Position numbers and translations under genes: made by a program
Shown: piece by piece, positions 63,189-64,000 of the stretch
Layout: the number at the start of each line of letters is the position of its first letter
Numbering within the stretch: the first letter of the stretch is position 1
The notes under the pieces: generated by a model
Seen by the model: only the letters and a program-made list of their open reading frames with translations
What the model was told of the DNA's origin: nothing
The model's database searches: none
Source: an uncultured bacterium
GTDB lineage: Bacteria > Auribacterota > Erginobacteria > Erginobacterales > Erginobacteraceae
DNA: 64,000 bases
Assembly: GCA_963822585.1 (NCBI GenBank)
Contig: CAWGIE010000035.1
Span: forward strand, 128,001-192,000
Direction of reading: 5' to 3'

Positions 63189-63198
63189 AATTCACCAT

Positions 63199-64000
63199 TC
63201 AATTCACCATTATCTCAGTGAAACTGGATTCAGTTTTATAAATCAAATCGAAGAGGCTGGCAGCCCAATCCTTGTGCAGTTGCTTTAAATAATTATATTC
63301 ATCTAGAGCCGAAACTTTATCTCCAATTTTGATATAATCTAAACCCAGATTATAATGGGACTGGGCATAATTCGGATGGACGCGGATAGACTGCTTATAA
63401 GCTTCAATCGCGCTTTCAGTCCGATCGATAGCATCATAAGCTAAACCTAAATCACAGTAGAGATTAGCGGAGTTAGGATTAAACTTGATTGCATTTAAAT
63501 AAGCCTCAATTGCCTCCTCATAACGCTTGAGAAAATGATAAGACATACCAAGGCCATGATATAAACTAGAATTTTTTGGCGATAGCTCGATCGACTTTTT
63601 AAATACCTCGTTGGCTTCCTGGTAACGTTCGAGAGCAATCAGTTCAAGACCAAGACTAAGACGAGCTTGATGATAATCGGGATTTCGATCAATAAGTTGT
63701 TGGAAGGTCGCCGCCGCTTTCTCATGTTCTCCAAGTTTCTGGTAAACTTTACCGATACAATGGATAGCCTGATAATAATCTGAGTTGAGGCGGACTGCCT
63801 CCTCAAAAGCAGGGAGTGCTTTTTTATCTTGCTGTAACTCCAAATATGCAAGACCGAGATTATACCATGTTGCAGAACTTCCGGCCGAGTCGCAAAGATT
63901 CCTGATATGCCGTTGTGGCTTTATTATATCTTTCCTGATAATAATAAACTGAACCGAGGCAGCTGTAGTATCGGCCCTATCCGGATTAATCTGAATCTCT
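63199..64000 (-). CDS. TPR-repeat protein, 5' part outside the window or frameshifted near 63870
   Basis: Repeated A...LG..Y......EA...Y..AI..NP units. Confidence 0.85.
   Translation of the reverse strand, partial: EIQINPDRADTTAASVQFIIIRKDIIKPQRHIRNLCDSAGSSATWYNLGLAYLELQQDKKALPAFEEAVRLNSDYYQAIHCIGKVYQKLGEHEKAAATFQQLIDRNPDYHQARLSLGLELIALERYQEANEVFKKSIELSPKNSSLYHGLGMSYHFLKRYEEAIEAYLNAIKFNPNSANLYCDLGLAYDAIDRTESAIEAYKQSIRVHPNYAQSHYNLGLDYIKIGDKVSALDEYNYLKQLHKDWAASLFDLIYKTESSFTEIMVN

Noticed and set aside
26600..64000. Prophage or conjugative element
   Set aside because: No structural, replication, relaxase, T4SS or integrase genes recognised

Overview
Bacterial chromosomal window in two parts. 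About 1-26 kb is a GC-rich backbone of scattered metabolic genes (C-N hydrolase, squalene/phytoene synthase, AraC-GyrI regulator, nitroreductase, Mut7-C RNase, GT2, DUF1015, class IV aminotransferase, maltokinase, acetate kinase, a eukaryote-type chorismate mutase, ABC solute-binding protein) whose intergenic spaces hold several unrelated families of short palindromic/REP-like repeats. About 26.6-64 kb is an accessory array: about 30 genes of mixed base composition, all on the minus strand except one ParB-like gene, punctuated by a co-oriented ~184-bp element with ~29-bp terminal inverted repeats (ATCAGGGTCAAACCTCGACTATTGACAGA...TCTGTCAATAGTCGAGGTTTGACCCTGAT; 11 full or near-full copies plus at least 6 partial ones) and by related solo termini. 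Cargo includes two TA pairs, an ImmA/IrrE-PIN pair, three HEPN-like proteins, a TIR/TPR-S/SLATT/TIR cluster, a TIR-like (DUF4062)-helical protein paired with a YrdC/Sua5 paralogue, and many secreted repeat proteins (WG, SBBP, LRR, ankyrin, HEAT, TPR). Several cargo genes are cut at, or take their stop codon from, the repeat termini. Two paralogues share an N-terminus but differ in their C-termini, and a few integron attC-like sites survive. No integrase or transposase is visible in the window, so the mechanism (a cassette array built on short terminal repeats, possibly by a HUH/Y1 nuclease acting in trans) is inference. Many genes carry single frameshifts that could be decay or assembly error. 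All family assignments are by eye from motifs, not from database searches. No rRNA, tRNA or CRISPR array was recognised.
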